Both the position numbers and the translations under genes were made by a program. Shown here one piece after another: positions 1-10,537 of a DNA stretch of 64,000 bases (positions within the stretch are counted from its first letter, which is position 1; each line of letters begins with the position of its first letter). Source of the DNA: Acidobacteriota bacterium (GTDB lineage Bacteria; Acidobacteriota; UBA6911); NCBI GenBank assembly GCA_963664705.1, contig OY761556.1, positions 6,336,001-6,400,000 on the forward strand, in the 5' to 3' direction. The notes under the pieces are model-generated. The model had not been told where the DNA came from and searched no databases. It worked only from the letters and a program-made list of their open reading frames with translations.

Positions 1-1
1 C

Positions 2-1120
2 GCATCCCCAGATTATTCAGTGGCGGTTCGCCGGATTAACCAGAAGCTAAATGTTACCAATGCTTCGTTGGTCAAAGTCCCCTTCGATCGCAGCTATTGG
101 CAGAGAGTTGCAGCGGAAAAATTTCCCAATGGTCTACCCGAGCCTGAGAGTGATGATCCGACACAGTGGCTCTTCCATGGCCGACCGGAGGAATCAACTT
201 CCCCGCTCCAGGTTGCTATGGCTCGACTACTGGGATATCGCTGGCCTGCAGAACTTGATGACAAAATACGCCTCAGCAATCGGGCTCGTGCACTAGCAAA
301 ACGATGCGAGGAGTTGGCCAAGTTTGTCGACAATGACGGGGTTATTCCGATCCCGTCGTTGCGTGGCGAAGAGCCCGCTGCCGAGCGATTGCATGCGCTG
401 TTAGGTGTAGTGGGCATCGATCCCGGGAAAGCGCGGGAATTGGCCGGCGGTGCCGATCTCGAAGACTGGCTCCGTAATTGCTTCTTCGAAGAACACTGCA
501 AGATGTTTCACGATAGGCCTTTTATATGGCATATCTGGGACGGACGGAAGCGGGATGGATTTGGCGTTCTGGTTAATTGCCATAAACTCTGTGAAGGCAA
601 CGGCAAAGGCCGTAAGCTGCTAGAATCGCTTACTTATGCCTACCTCGGTGAGTGGATCACCCGTCAAAAGGATGGCGTCAAACGAGGTGAAGGCGGTGCG
701 GAAGATCGATTGTCAGCAGCAATGGAACTTCAACATCTCCTGCGGTCCATTCTCGATGGCGATCCTCCTTATGACATTTTTGTGCGATGGAAGCCCTTGT
801 CTGAGCAGCCGATAGGCTGGGAACCGGACATAAATGACGGCATACGAACTAGCATTCGTCCCTTCCTTGCATCCGATTTATCGAACGGCAAGAAGGGGGC
901 AGGGATTCTGCGAAGCAGACCCAATATCAAATGGACTAAGGATCGAGGCAAGGAACCCAGGCGGCCGATCCGAGAGTTCCCATGGTTTTGGGGTTGGGAT
1001 GGATCCAAGAATTATACCGTGGGCCCCCTGTCAGAGTTTACAGGAGAAAGATTCAACGAATGTCATTATTCCAACGATTTAAAACAACAGGCGCGCCAGC
1101 AGGCAAAGAGCAAAGAATGA
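2..1120 (+). CDS. pglX: C-terminal part of BREX PglX-like / Eco57I-type adenine methyltransferase (5'-truncated by window edge)
   Basis: Frame is open from base 2. Motifs FFEEHC..FHDRPFIWHIWDG and WEPDINDGIR..IRPF resemble PglX C-termini. Lies upstream of pglZ and brxL. Methyltransferase motifs fall outside the window. Confidence 0.7.
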   Translation, partial: ASPDYSVAVRRINQKLNVTNASLVKVPFDRSYWQRVAAEKFPNGLPEPESDDPTQWLFHGRPEESTSPLQVAMARLLGYRWPAELDDKIRLSNRARALAKRCEELAKFVDNDGVIPIPSLRGEEPAAERLHALLGVVGIDPGKARELAGGADLEDWLRNCFFEEHCKMFHDRPFIWHIWDGRKRDGFGVLVNCHKLCEGNGKGRKLLESLTYAYLGEWITRQKDGVKRGEGGAEDRLSAAMELQHLLRSILDGDPPYDIFVRWKPLSEQPIGWEPDINDGIRTSIRPFLASDLSNGKKGAGILRSRPNIKWTKDRGKEPRRPIREFPWFWGWDGSKNYTVGPLSEFTGERFNECHYSNDLKQQARQQAKSKE

Positions 1121-1139
1121 CTCTTATTGAGGTGAACTC

Positions 1140-2843
1140 ATGAGCATTAATATCGGCATCATCGACCAGCGAGTCCGAAAATTAGCGGAGGATTTGGCCG
1201 CCGAATTCGAGACACGGTTAAACATCCCGCATGAAGGCAATGAGCAGGTCACCATTAAACGACGATCCGCCGCGTTCGTATACCTTGTAGTTCAGACCGT
1301 ACTCGATCTTAGCGACGAACAAGCCCTAGACTGTCTCACAGAAGGCGGCGGTGATATTGGGCTGGATGCAGTGCATATCGGCGACGTTGAGGATGGCGAG
1401 TTCGTTGTCACACTCTTCCAGGGAAAGTATACGCACAAGCTGGAAAAGGCAGGGATAAGCAACTTCCCTGAGAACTCCATTGTAAAGATGATTGGTACTG
1501 TCAGACACCTCTGTGATCCTGATGCCATATTAGATGTGAATAATGCCGTAAAGAAGCGAATGGAGGAGATCCGATCGTTGGTTCGCGATGGCAAAATTCC
1601 TCTGGTTCAGGTCATTTTATGCAACAACGGCCCTTCATGGAACGAAAGCGCGCAGAAACTAATCGATGCTGAGAATTTTGGTGATCAAGTTGTGTGGCGG
1701 CATGTCAATCACGATAACTTAGCTCAAATTATGCAGGCTGTGAAACCAGTAAATGAGTCGTTCAGGCTAATCGGCGATGCGACAATTGAGAGTTTTGATT
1801 TCTGCCGGGTGCTCGTAGGCAAAGTGCTTGTGAAAGAGATCGAAGGTCTTTTTAACCGCAATCCAGGCGATCGCTTGCTAGAGAGAAATGTTCGGCGCTT
1901 TCTTGGTCTTCAGGGAAATCGCGTTAATCAGGCTATTGAAAAGACTCTCCTGACTGAGTCAGAAAGGCCAAATTTCTATTTTTACAACAATGGCATCACG
2001 ATGGTATGCCGGAAGTTTGCCCATAGCGGGTTGCAAAAGGGTAATTACATCGTACAGGTGGAGGGTATGCAAGTCATCAACGGAGGCCAGACTTGTAAGA
2101 CAATTCAGAATACGCTGTCGACTCTAGCAGGCGCCGATGCCGGTTTGGAAAAGGCTTTCGTCTTAGTACGACTCTATGAACTGCCTAGTGAATCCTCTGA
2201 TTTGGTCAAAAGCATCACCTATGCCACCAATAGCCAAAATCCTGTTGATCTCCGTGATCTTCGATCCAATGATGCAAAACAGAAGAACTTGGAGATGGCA
2301 ATTTATGATCTTGGGTTCACTTACCACCGGCACCGCAGTGACGCTTCGCTGAAAGCTACGGATATCAGCAGCGCAACGGCCGCGGAAGCCATTCTGTCGG
2401 TATGGCGTTGCATGCCACATAGGGCCAAGTTCATGGGACGTGAACATTTCGGGAAATTGTATGAAGCTATTTTTTCCAGTGACCTGAATGCGGCCCAGGT
2501 TATCATCGCCACATTAGTGTTCAGGATCGCCGAAAACAAACGGCGTCGTCCTCCAACAGATGCACCAGACTTTATTGCATATGGCTCGTGCTTTATAGCG
2601 ATGCTGATGGGGCAATACCTTTTGAGTGATCTCGGCATCACACTACCACAGCTTAACCATCTCAGGTTCGCAGAGGCGAAAGCCAAGTTAGACCAGAACG
2701 AAGCTTCGTATTTTGCAAAAGCAACGAGCGAAGTGGACGAGGCTCTCAAAAGACTCTACGGCGGGCAGGTTATTTCACTGCAACGTATGGCAGCAACATT
2801 CAGACGGGGTGATTTGATTCAGGAGCTGGGAATACACCAATAA
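1140..2843 (+). CDS. AIPR family protein (abortive infection phage resistance)
   Basis: Contains ERNVRRFLG, FYFYNNGIT, QVINGGQT and ATNSQN motifs; N-terminal D-x-G-x-D...FQGK restriction-endonuclease-like fold. Confidence 0.85.
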   Translation: MSINIGIIDQRVRKLAEDLAAEFETRLNIPHEGNEQVTIKRRSAAFVYLVVQTVLDLSDEQALDCLTEGGGDIGLDAVHIGDVEDGEFVVTLFQGKYTHKLEKAGISNFPENSIVKMIGTVRHLCDPDAILDVNNAVKKRMEEIRSLVRDGKIPLVQVILCNNGPSWNESAQKLIDAENFGDQVVWRHVNHDNLAQIMQAVKPVNESFRLIGDATIESFDFCRVLVGKVLVKEIEGLFNRNPGDRLLERNVRRFLGLQGNRVNQAIEKTLLTESERPNFYFYNNGITMVCRKFAHSGLQKGNYIVQVEGMQVINGGQTCKTIQNTLSTLAGADAGLEKAFVLVRLYELPSESSDLVKSITYATNSQNPVDLRDLRSNDAKQKNLEMAIYDLGFTYHRHRSDASLKATDISSATAAEAILSVWRCMPHRAKFMGREHFGKLYEAIFSSDLNAAQVIIATLVFRIAENKRRRPPTDAPDFIAYGSCFIAMLMGQYLLSDLGITLPQLNHLRFAEAKAKLDQNEASYFAKATSEVDEALKRLYGGQVISLQRMAATFRRGDLIQELGIHQ

Positions 2844-2883
2844 TATATGACGAGGCCCGTGAAGCCACTAGAAAGGGTAAGAG

Positions 2884-4080
2884 ATGAGTAATCAACTACT
2901 GAACAGCCTCCATTTGAGGGGCTTTCTGTCGTTTGGCCTTCACAGCAAACCGGTGCATCTGAACGGGCTGAATTTACTCATTGGCCCCAACGGTGTAGGT
3001 AAAAGCAATTTTGTAGAGGCTGTGGAATTGCTACATGCAACACCTGCGGACTTTAGTGGTGCGATCCGTCTTGGCGGTCTGCCCAGCGACTGGATATGGC
3101 ATGGTGGGCAAGGGAGCAATGCTGCAAGGATTGAAGCCAAGCTCTCGAAGATGAATGGATCGCCGGAGTTGAAATACGGCATTGAATTTGCTGAGAGCGG
3201 TGGACGGCTGGAAATTATTGATGAAATCCTAGAAAATTCCGCCAAAGTTTCGCCTAAGGAGAAGGATGTATTCTTTTACTATCGCTACAAGCACGGCCAC
3301 CCAGTTATTAATGTTTGGGGAGTTTCCCCTGCTGATAATTTTAAGCAGCGCAAGCTCAAGCGGGAAAATATCGATCCGCAGCAGTCCATTTTATCTCAAA
3401 AGAAGGATATTGAACTTTATCCCGAAGTGACAACCACCGGAAAAAGATTTAGTTCCATCCAGATATTCCGGGAATGGGGTTTTGGCCGATCGGCCGCGCT
3501 TCGCTCCCCGCAATCATCGAATCTTCCGACTGATGTGCTGCTGCCTCAATTAATCAATCTTGGTTTGGTTCTCAATGATCTGGAGCATCGACCCGAATGG
3601 AATCGCTTTAATGCTTTGATGACACAATTCCTGCCGCGCTACACGCGATTGAGCACAAAGGTTTCTGCCGGTTCTGTTCAAGTGTATCTGCATGAAGATG
3701 GACTGAGTGTTCCAGTTCCGGCCACGCGTTTGTCTGATGGCACCCTACGCTTTCTTTCACTCTTAGCGATTTTGCTGAAGCCCGAGGCTGCGAGCCTGGT
3801 TTGCATCGAGGAGCCGGAATTGGGACTTCATCCGGATGCTATGTCGCTACTTGCGGACCTTTTGGTGGAAGCCTCCGCGAAAACACAACTGATTGTAACC
3901 ACGCATTCAGACACGCTTGTCTCAGAATTGACGGATGAGGCTGATTCAGTGCTGGTATGCGATTACGGACCGGAAGGTACTGAGTTGCACCGGTTGGAGG
4001 CTGCCAAATTACAACACTGGCTTGGGAAGTATCGATTGGGTGAGGTCTGGCGACTGGGAAAGATCGGAGGCAACCTGTGA
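2884..4080 (+). CDS. ABC-type (AAA_21-like) ATPase
   Basis: Walker A GPNGVGKS, signature LSDG, Walker B IEEPE, H-loop TTHS. Confidence 0.85.
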   Translation: MSNQLLNSLHLRGFLSFGLHSKPVHLNGLNLLIGPNGVGKSNFVEAVELLHATPADFSGAIRLGGLPSDWIWHGGQGSNAARIEAKLSKMNGSPELKYGIEFAESGGRLEIIDEILENSAKVSPKEKDVFFYYRYKHGHPVINVWGVSPADNFKQRKLKRENIDPQQSILSQKKDIELYPEVTTTGKRFSSIQIFREWGFGRSAALRSPQSSNLPTDVLLPQLINLGLVLNDLEHRPEWNRFNALMTQFLPRYTRLSTKVSAGSVQVYLHEDGLSVPVPATRLSDGTLRFLSLLAILLKPEAASLVCIEEPELGLHPDAMSLLADLLVEASAKTQLIVTTHSDTLVSELTDEADSVLVCDYGPEGTELHRLEAAKLQHWLGKYRLGEVWRLGKIGGNL

Positions 4081-4712
4081 CTTTGAGCATCGCCATTTAC
4101 ATCGAAGGAGGAGGAGATACTCCCCAGACGTTGGCTCCTTTCCGCAAGGGAATGTCAGCTTTTCTCAATCCGATTGTGAATGAATTGCGGAAGAAGAGGA
4201 TCAAATGGCGAGTAATTGCATGCGGCGGGCGCAAAGCGGCCTACGACGCCTTTGTAGATGCGCTGGAGAATGAGCCAGAAGTCCACAATGTTTTGCTCAT
4301 AGATTCCGAGGATCCGGTTGCAATCGCCGTAAGCCCTTGGGTGCACCTGCGAAATCGGCAGGGCGATGGATGGGCACAGCCCGCTGGTGCTAATGATGCG
4401 CGCTGTCAAATGATGGTTGTTTGCATGGAAGCTTGGTTTCTGGCGGATCCTGTCAATATGAAAAAGCATTTTGGTGGCAATTTCGATGTGGCCAAACTCC
4501 CGGCCGCGAATCTAGCCGAAACTCGAACAAAGGCTAGCATCAACAACGCATTAAGCCAAGCGACGCGCAAAACCCCAGCCAAGGAATACAAGAAGATCCG
4601 TGATGGTGCGAAGCTGCTTTCGGAGGTCGATCCGGCGACAGTGCGGATACACTGCAAGTGGTGCGATAGGCTTTTTAAGTCGTTAGGTGAAGTTATCGGA
4701 GTCGTGTTATGA
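4077..4712 (+). CDS. DUF4276-like putative TOPRIM-fold protein
   Basis: IYIEGG, LIDSE and MEAWFLAD motifs; GTGA overlap couples it to the ATPase. Confidence 0.65.
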   Translation: MTLSIAIYIEGGGDTPQTLAPFRKGMSAFLNPIVNELRKKRIKWRVIACGGRKAAYDAFVDALENEPEVHNVLLIDSEDPVAIAVSPWVHLRNRQGDGWAQPAGANDARCQMMVVCMEAWFLADPVNMKKHFGGNFDVAKLPAANLAETRTKASINNALSQATRKTPAKEYKKIRDGAKLLSEVDPATVRIHCKWCDRLFKSLGEVIGVVL

Positions 4713-7060
4713 ATCAGACTTCTACGCTTATTGATTTGGTACGGACCTCGCTCACGCAAGCGGGTCGGTACAATGTGGGCGATGTGGTTGCGCCGGCGGC
4801 AGTGCTGTGGACTGATGCAGATGGCCAGTGGAAGCCAGTAGTTGAGCGGCTACGATCTCTTATGCCGGAGCTTCTAACATTGGGCGGGTATGACCCGGCC
4901 CTGCGAACTGGGCCAGCGATTTGGCTGCGGTGCGTGATCGAACCCGCGGTACGGGCAGAAAAATTCCCCGGCCTTGCCTGGACGAATGGCTGTATCCCCG
5001 TAGTGTACCTGCCGGGCGTTAGTCGTCAGACACTCAGGGCTGTCGAAGAATGCCCAGACGAGTTAAAGCCCATGGTTGAGCTTCAGTACCGCGGTACAGT
5101 CTGGTCGCAGAAGAATGGCAAAGACTGGACGATTCGCGCATTTCTGGTGAACGATGAGGAAGGGCTTGGATTGGATGTTGCAGAAGATAAGCTCACGCTC
5201 CAGGCGATGCAGGGATCGTTGTCACAATTGGTGGTGACAACGGCCGTGCGGCTAAGGGGCAAACGACTAGAAGCGGAAGATTTCGACAAGCTCATGATCG
5301 GCGACACGCCGCGGGATTTGTTACTGTGGCTTGGGGATCCCACCGCCACACGCGAACGCTGGGACGAGGGGAAATGGTCGGCATTTCGGAATCGCTGCGT
5401 GCAGGACTACGGGTTTGATCCCGAAACTGAAGGGGAAATTGCTGGTGGTGAGAAGATCGCAGAACGGAAAGATGCGTGGTATGGCGTATGGGAGCGTTTT
5501 GCTGAGGCACCGACACTGTTTCCTGGCATACCGAACCTTCTGCGGCGTGTGAAACCTAAAGGCAAATTAATCTTCGAGCAAGAGACTTGGCCGGATGAAA
5601 ACGACTTGATGGAAACCTCACTTCGCAATGCCCTTATGGAGGTCGGCACGATGAAGCCAGCCGACGCGCGTTTGCGACTAGCGCAATTAGAAGTGGAGCA
5701 TGGACCGCGGCGAGCTTGGGTCTGGGCAAGGCTTAACCAGTGCCCACTGGCAAGTGCCATTGCACATCTGGCTGTGCTTGCCTCGCGGACGGCAACAACG
5801 TTAGGTGGAGACTCTGCAGACGTGATGGCCAAGTTGTATGCGGAAGGGGGGTATCTGGCCGACGACGCGGCATTGCGGGCGATTGCATGCGCAAGAACCG
5901 CAGAAGATGCGGCCGCAGTCCGCGCGGCGATACGTTGTTTATATCTGCCATGGTTGGATGACACGGCTCGCCATTTTCAGGAATGCTTGAGGGTCAAGGC
6001 GCTACCAACGGTACAGCAACAGGAGGCAGTATCGATCGCGCCTGGAGAGTGCATCCTATTTGCTGACGGCCTCCGCTTTGACATCGGGCAGAGACTCGCG
6101 ACAATGGCCGGAGAGCGACAAATAGAATTAACGATCGGGTCGCGATGGGCGGCACTGCCGACCGTTACCGCGACAGCCAAACCGGCAGCTTCTCCGGTTG
6201 CTGCCGCGATCTGTGGTGCAAAATTGGAGGCTGACTTTTGCCCGGAAACATCGAATAAGGGCGAAAAACTTAATGCGGACCGCTTCCGTCGGCTATTGTC
6301 GGCAGCCGGCTTTCAATTACTTGGGCCGAGCGAAACTGGTGACCCCAGAGACAAGAACGCTCTTGCCTGGACTGAATATGGAGAATTCGACAAGCTTGGA
6401 CACAACCTCCAATCCAAACTGGCGTCACGCATCGATGATCAACTGGAACTGTTGCTGGAACGCGTGCAATTGCTGCTCAATGCTGGATGGAAACGAGTGC
6501 GCATTGTGACCGATCATGGGTGGCAACTTGTGCCGGGAGGAATGCCGAAGTTCCAATTGCCGAAGTATCTCACTGAGAGCCTTTGGTCAAGGTGCGCATC
6601 GATCAAGGAGAGTTCGCATGCTGATGTGCCGGTAGCCAGTTGGTCTTGGAACTCACAAGAGCAGTTTGCCTATGCGCCTGGGGTGCATTGTTTTGTCGCC
6701 AACCAAGAGTATGCTCACGGCGGCGCGAGCCTGCAGGAATGTCTAGTGCCCGTCCTGACCTTCGCAGAAACGGGGAGGCCGGATGGCAGGGTAGTTAGGG
6801 TAAGCGAAATACAGTGGGTGGGCTTGCGGTGCCGCGTAACTGTGGGGCCGGGAGCGGAAGGATTATTGGCTGATCTGCGAACGAAACCCAATGTTTCCTG
6901 TTCAAGCATCACTGATCCCAAGCCTCTGGATACCGCAGGCAAGGCTGCCCTGTTGGTTGCTGACGAATCTCTTGAAGGAACGATGGTCAGCCTGGTCATT
7001 ATTGATGGGTCAGGTCGCATACTCAGCAAAGAAGCAACCACCGTTGGAGGTGATAAGTAA
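4709..7060 (+). CDS. pglZ: BREX alkaline-phosphatase-family protein PglZ
   Basis: ADGLRFD, LPTVTATAK, VTDHG and YAHGGASLQE motifs; directly upstream of brxL. Confidence 0.9.
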   Translation: MNQTSTLIDLVRTSLTQAGRYNVGDVVAPAAVLWTDADGQWKPVVERLRSLMPELLTLGGYDPALRTGPAIWLRCVIEPAVRAEKFPGLAWTNGCIPVVYLPGVSRQTLRAVEECPDELKPMVELQYRGTVWSQKNGKDWTIRAFLVNDEEGLGLDVAEDKLTLQAMQGSLSQLVVTTAVRLRGKRLEAEDFDKLMIGDTPRDLLLWLGDPTATRERWDEGKWSAFRNRCVQDYGFDPETEGEIAGGEKIAERKDAWYGVWERFAEAPTLFPGIPNLLRRVKPKGKLIFEQETWPDENDLMETSLRNALMEVGTMKPADARLRLAQLEVEHGPRRAWVWARLNQCPLASAIAHLAVLASRTATTLGGDSADVMAKLYAEGGYLADDAALRAIACARTAEDAAAVRAAIRCLYLPWLDDTARHFQECLRVKALPTVQQQEAVSIAPGECILFADGLRFDIGQRLATMAGERQIELTIGSRWAALPTVTATAKPAASPVAAAICGAKLEADFCPETSNKGEKLNADRFRRLLSAAGFQLLGPSETGDPRDKNALAWTEYGEFDKLGHNLQSKLASRIDDQLELLLERVQLLLNAGWKRVRIVTDHGWQLVPGGMPKFQLPKYLTESLWSRCASIKESSHADVPVASWSWNSQEQFAYAPGVHCFVANQEYAHGGASLQECLVPVLTFAETGRPDGRVVRVSEIQWVGLRCRVTVGPGAEGLLADLRTKPNVSCSSITDPKPLDTAGKAALLVADESLEGTMVSLVIIDGSGRILSKEATTVGGDK

Positions 7061-7062
7061 CC

Positions 7063-9111
7063 ATGGAACTTGACAATCTAGACAATATCGCGGCTTCAGC
7101 GTTCGATGGCTACCTTGTTCGAAAGGATCTTGTACGGCGATATAGCCGGCAATACCCCGTACCTACTTACGTTGTGGAGTTCCTGCTCGGACGATATTGT
7201 GCGACAGTGGATGAACAGGAGATCGAGGAAGGGCTGAAAATCGTCGAGCGACAACTGCAGGACCGCACAGTCCGCACGAGCGAGCAAGAGCTTTTTAAGG
7301 CAAGGGCACGCGAGAAGGGTTCGGTGAAGCTTATCGATATTGTGAAGGCCCGGCTTGACTCAAAGACCGATTCCTTCCTGGTGGAGTTGCCTAGTCTGGG
7401 AATCAAGGACGTGCGGATCGCAGACACACTCGTCCACGAGCATGAGAGAATGCTGACAGACGGTTTCTATGCCGAGGTGACACTAACTTATGATGCGGCC
7501 ATCGCAGAAGAAAAGCATGGTCGACCGTTCGCCCTAGAGAGCCTGCGGGCAATACAACTTTCCAAATCGGATGTTCTTTTGACGCTGATGAAGGGCCGGA
7601 GTCGATTTACTACGAATGAATGGAAGGACTTCCTTGTGCGATCAGTTGGGCTGGAAGCGGCGTCTATGTCAGATCGCGCGAAGATGGTTACCTTGCTGCG
7701 GATGATTCCATTCGTCGAACGGAACTACAATCTGGTTGAACTCGGTCCGCGTGGTACGGGCAAGAGCCACCTCTATCAGCAGATATCACCGTACTCGCAC
7801 CTGATTTCCGGCGGCAAAGCGACTGTCGCGAAGATGTTTGTAAACATGTCCAACGGCCAGCGCGGCCTGGTATGTCTATATGATGTGGTGTGCTTCGACG
7901 AAGTGGCTGGGATTTCCTTCGATCAGAAGGACGGCGTAAACATCCTGAAAGGCTATATGGCGGCTGGCGAGTTCTCTCGCGGCAAGGATAGCATCCGAGC
8001 GTCGGGCGGTATCGTGATGGTGGGTAACTTCGACGTAGATGTTGAGCAGCAGCAGAGGATCGGCCATCTGTTGAGCCCGCTGCCTCCAGAGATGCGAAAT
8101 GATACGGCTTTCATGGACCGCATCCACGCATATGCGCCCGGCTGGGACTTCCCAAAGCTCAAGGCGAGTGATCACCTGACCAACCATTTCGGCCTCGTGA
8201 CCGACTATCTTTCCGAGTGCTGGACCAAACTTCGCGAAGGCACGCGGATTTCAACTTTACAGGGTAGAGCGCACTGGGGCGGTGCGCTCAGTGGCCGGGA
8301 TATCGAGGCAGTGAGTAAGACTGTGAGCGGTCTGATAAAGCTGCTGTTCCCTGACCCGGAAATGCCCATTCCTGACGGGGAACTGGAAGCGATTGTGCGG
8401 ATCGCGCTGGAGGCTCGTCGACGGGTGAAGGAGCAGCAGAAAAGGTGCTTGAAGACGGAGTTCCGCAACACGCATTTCAGTTATTTCATGGGCCTGGACG
8501 GCGTGGAACAGTTTGTTTCGACGCCGGAACTGCACAGCGACGAAGCCATTGAAGCCGATCCACTTCCCCCGGGGCAGGTATGGGCGATTGGCCCGGGGGG
8601 GCTGGACGCTGCCGCGTCACTGTATCGGATCGAAGCAACAAGCGGACCGGGCAGCGGTGTGAAAATTCTCAATATGCCCGTGCCGCCGGCATTCCGCGAA
8701 AGCGTGCGCTATGGCGAACAAAACCTCTATTCGCAATCAAAGGAACTAGTGGGCGACCGCGATCCGCGCAATCATGAGTTTTCGGTACAGCTGCGAGCGA
8801 TGGACGCTGATCGTTCTGGGAATGGCCTCGGATTGCCCGTGTTGGTGGCGTTATGCGGAAGCCTGATGGAGCGCAGTACCAAGGGTGGGTTGATAATCAT
8901 TGGCTCCCTCAATTTGGGTGGCTCAGTGGAGATGATCCCCAATCCCGTTGCTGTTGCCGAACTGGCCGTGGAGAAGGGCGCCGCTCAGATCCTCATGCCT
9001 ATATCGGCGCGAAGGCAACTGCTTGAGTTACCGGATGAGATGGCAACAAAGGTAAACATCGTTTTTTATGCGGATCCTGCAGATGCCTTCATGAAAGCCA
9101 TTCTTGAATGA
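7063..9111 (+). CDS. brxL: BREX protein BrxL (MCM-like AAA+ plus Lon-like C-terminal domain)
   Basis: VPTYVVEFLLGRYC, ELGPRGTGKS, VCFDEV and DTAFMDRIH motifs; Lon-type C-terminus. Confidence 0.92.
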   Translation: MELDNLDNIAASAFDGYLVRKDLVRRYSRQYPVPTYVVEFLLGRYCATVDEQEIEEGLKIVERQLQDRTVRTSEQELFKARAREKGSVKLIDIVKARLDSKTDSFLVELPSLGIKDVRIADTLVHEHERMLTDGFYAEVTLTYDAAIAEEKHGRPFALESLRAIQLSKSDVLLTLMKGRSRFTTNEWKDFLVRSVGLEAASMSDRAKMVTLLRMIPFVERNYNLVELGPRGTGKSHLYQQISPYSHLISGGKATVAKMFVNMSNGQRGLVCLYDVVCFDEVAGISFDQKDGVNILKGYMAAGEFSRGKDSIRASGGIVMVGNFDVDVEQQQRIGHLLSPLPPEMRNDTAFMDRIHAYAPGWDFPKLKASDHLTNHFGLVTDYLSECWTKLREGTRISTLQGRAHWGGALSGRDIEAVSKTVSGLIKLLFPDPEMPIPDGELEAIVRIALEARRRVKEQQKRCLKTEFRNTHFSYFMGLDGVEQFVSTPELHSDEAIEADPLPPGQVWAIGPGGLDAAASLYRIEATSGPGSGVKILNMPVPPAFRESVRYGEQNLYSQSKELVGDRDPRNHEFSVQLRAMDADRSGNGLGLPVLVALCGSLMERSTKGGLIIIGSLNLGGSVEMIPNPVAVAELAVEKGAAQILMPISARRQLLELPDEMATKVNIVFYADPADAFMKAILE

Positions 9112-9283
9112 AAACCAAACGAGGCATTATTGTGGAATTTGTGAGGGGCATTGAGTTGGCGATTTATCCATGCAAAAAATTAGCCTAGTGGATGCCAAAA
9201 TTTTGGTGAGATTTGCTTATCAAATGGGATCTGGCCATCACCGCTGATTTCGACCCATACCGTCCCGGAAGGTATTAGGTTTT

Positions 9284-9568
9284 CTACTTGCTCTTGGAGC
9301 CCGGCTTTTTGATTGGCGAAGGTAAATTTACCTCGCTCTTCTTTTCTGGATCATCCAGGCCGTCAACCAGACTGGCCAGTGGGACACAAAAAACCTCGCC
9401 GATGCGGAGTAGTGTTCGAACCGTAATGGGACGCCCCGCTTCAATTTGCTGCCAATGCCGGGCAGAAAATCCAAAGGAGATCATATCTTCCTGCGTGAAG
9501 CCTTTCTGCTTCCGCAAGTCTCGAACTTTCAGCCCCAATCCTCGGAAGAATGCCGCTTGATCTGTCAC
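9284..9568 (-). CDS. XRE-family helix-turn-helix regulator
   Basis: LGLKVRDLRKQKGFTQED...QIEAG pattern. Confidence 0.8.
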   Translation of the reverse strand: MTDQAAFFRGLGLKVRDLRKQKGFTQEDMISFGFSARHWQQIEAGRPITVRTLLRIGEVFCVPLASLVDGLDDPEKKSEVNLPSPIKKPGSKSK

Positions 9569-9772
9569 AAGCAGTTTTGTATGCTCACACGAGCAAAATC
9601 ACCACGAGCAGAATAGCTGTTTTCTCGTATCCTTCTTGACGATATGGCTTTTAAGGTTGGCCGCAATAGCTCGCTTTTGATCAACGCGCGCTCTCGGCTA
9701 CCGGAATTTTCTAGTGGGGGAGTTCGAGTTTGGGCTAGGGCTGCTGCCTCAGGCCGAACCCAGTACCTTGGA

Positions 9773-10144
9773 ATGAAAGATATTATTGCCAAATATATTG
9801 AGCTGGGCTATCCATCCGATCCGATCCAGGCGACCGCCCTTCGCATGCTTCTTCAAGTATATGACCAAGCCGTTGATCGTCACTATCCGCTCCTGGAATT
9901 GATAGTAAAGAGCCTGGTGGACGAGGGGGGAGCCCTGAAACCTTTCCCGGGGATGGATCTGGATCAGGAGAACCTGAACCAGTTCCTCCAACTAATGTTC
10001 GAGGACCCGGAGAGGATGCAGGTGAAACTCCTGCAGATAATGGAGGCCGAGGGGAATCCAGTCCCACAGGACCATAAGGATCTTCCGGATTGGGCGGAGG
10101 ACTTGGTGCTTCTACTACTAGAAGCCCGGGGAGACATTCGCTGA
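9773..10144 (+). CDS. Hypothetical protein
   Basis: Open frame with protein-like helical composition; ATG at 9773 chosen as start. Confidence 0.45.
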   Translation: MKDIIAKYIELGYPSDPIQATALRMLLQVYDQAVDRHYPLLELIVKSLVDEGGALKPFPGMDLDQENLNQFLQLMFEDPERMQVKLLQIMEAEGNPVPQDHKDLPDWAEDLVLLLLEARGDIR

Positions 10145-10537
10145 GATGAGTCTGCCTGGTCAGGCGCAAACAAAAACTGCCACGAAGATCTGAGAATGCT
10201 GTTTAAGGAATGATAAGGGATTATACCGGTACAAAATTATGTGCTTCTGAATTACCCTCTCGCTGCGCTGCTTTCCTAAAAAGAGATATTTCTGCTTCCC
10301 GCAGAAATATCTATATGTCTTTTGGAGTAATATATTAAGATTTCGCACCTGAGGCAAAAAGACATCCAAATATCCTCGGCCGATTCGCCGATCGCATTAT
10401 TGCTCATGTAAGGCGCGCTCTGTTCTGGAGTATCTTCCAGAACAGAGCCAAAATACGCGTCTTCTGACAATCGCCAAACCTGGGTAAGACATCTGGCGAC
10501 TAAGCTCCTGGAAACAAACCTGAATGCCAGGGATTAA

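Noticed and set aside
8560-9111. BrxL as an active Lon protease
   Set aside because: The Lon DGPSAG Ser motif reads RSGNGLG, so the catalytic dyad is not evident
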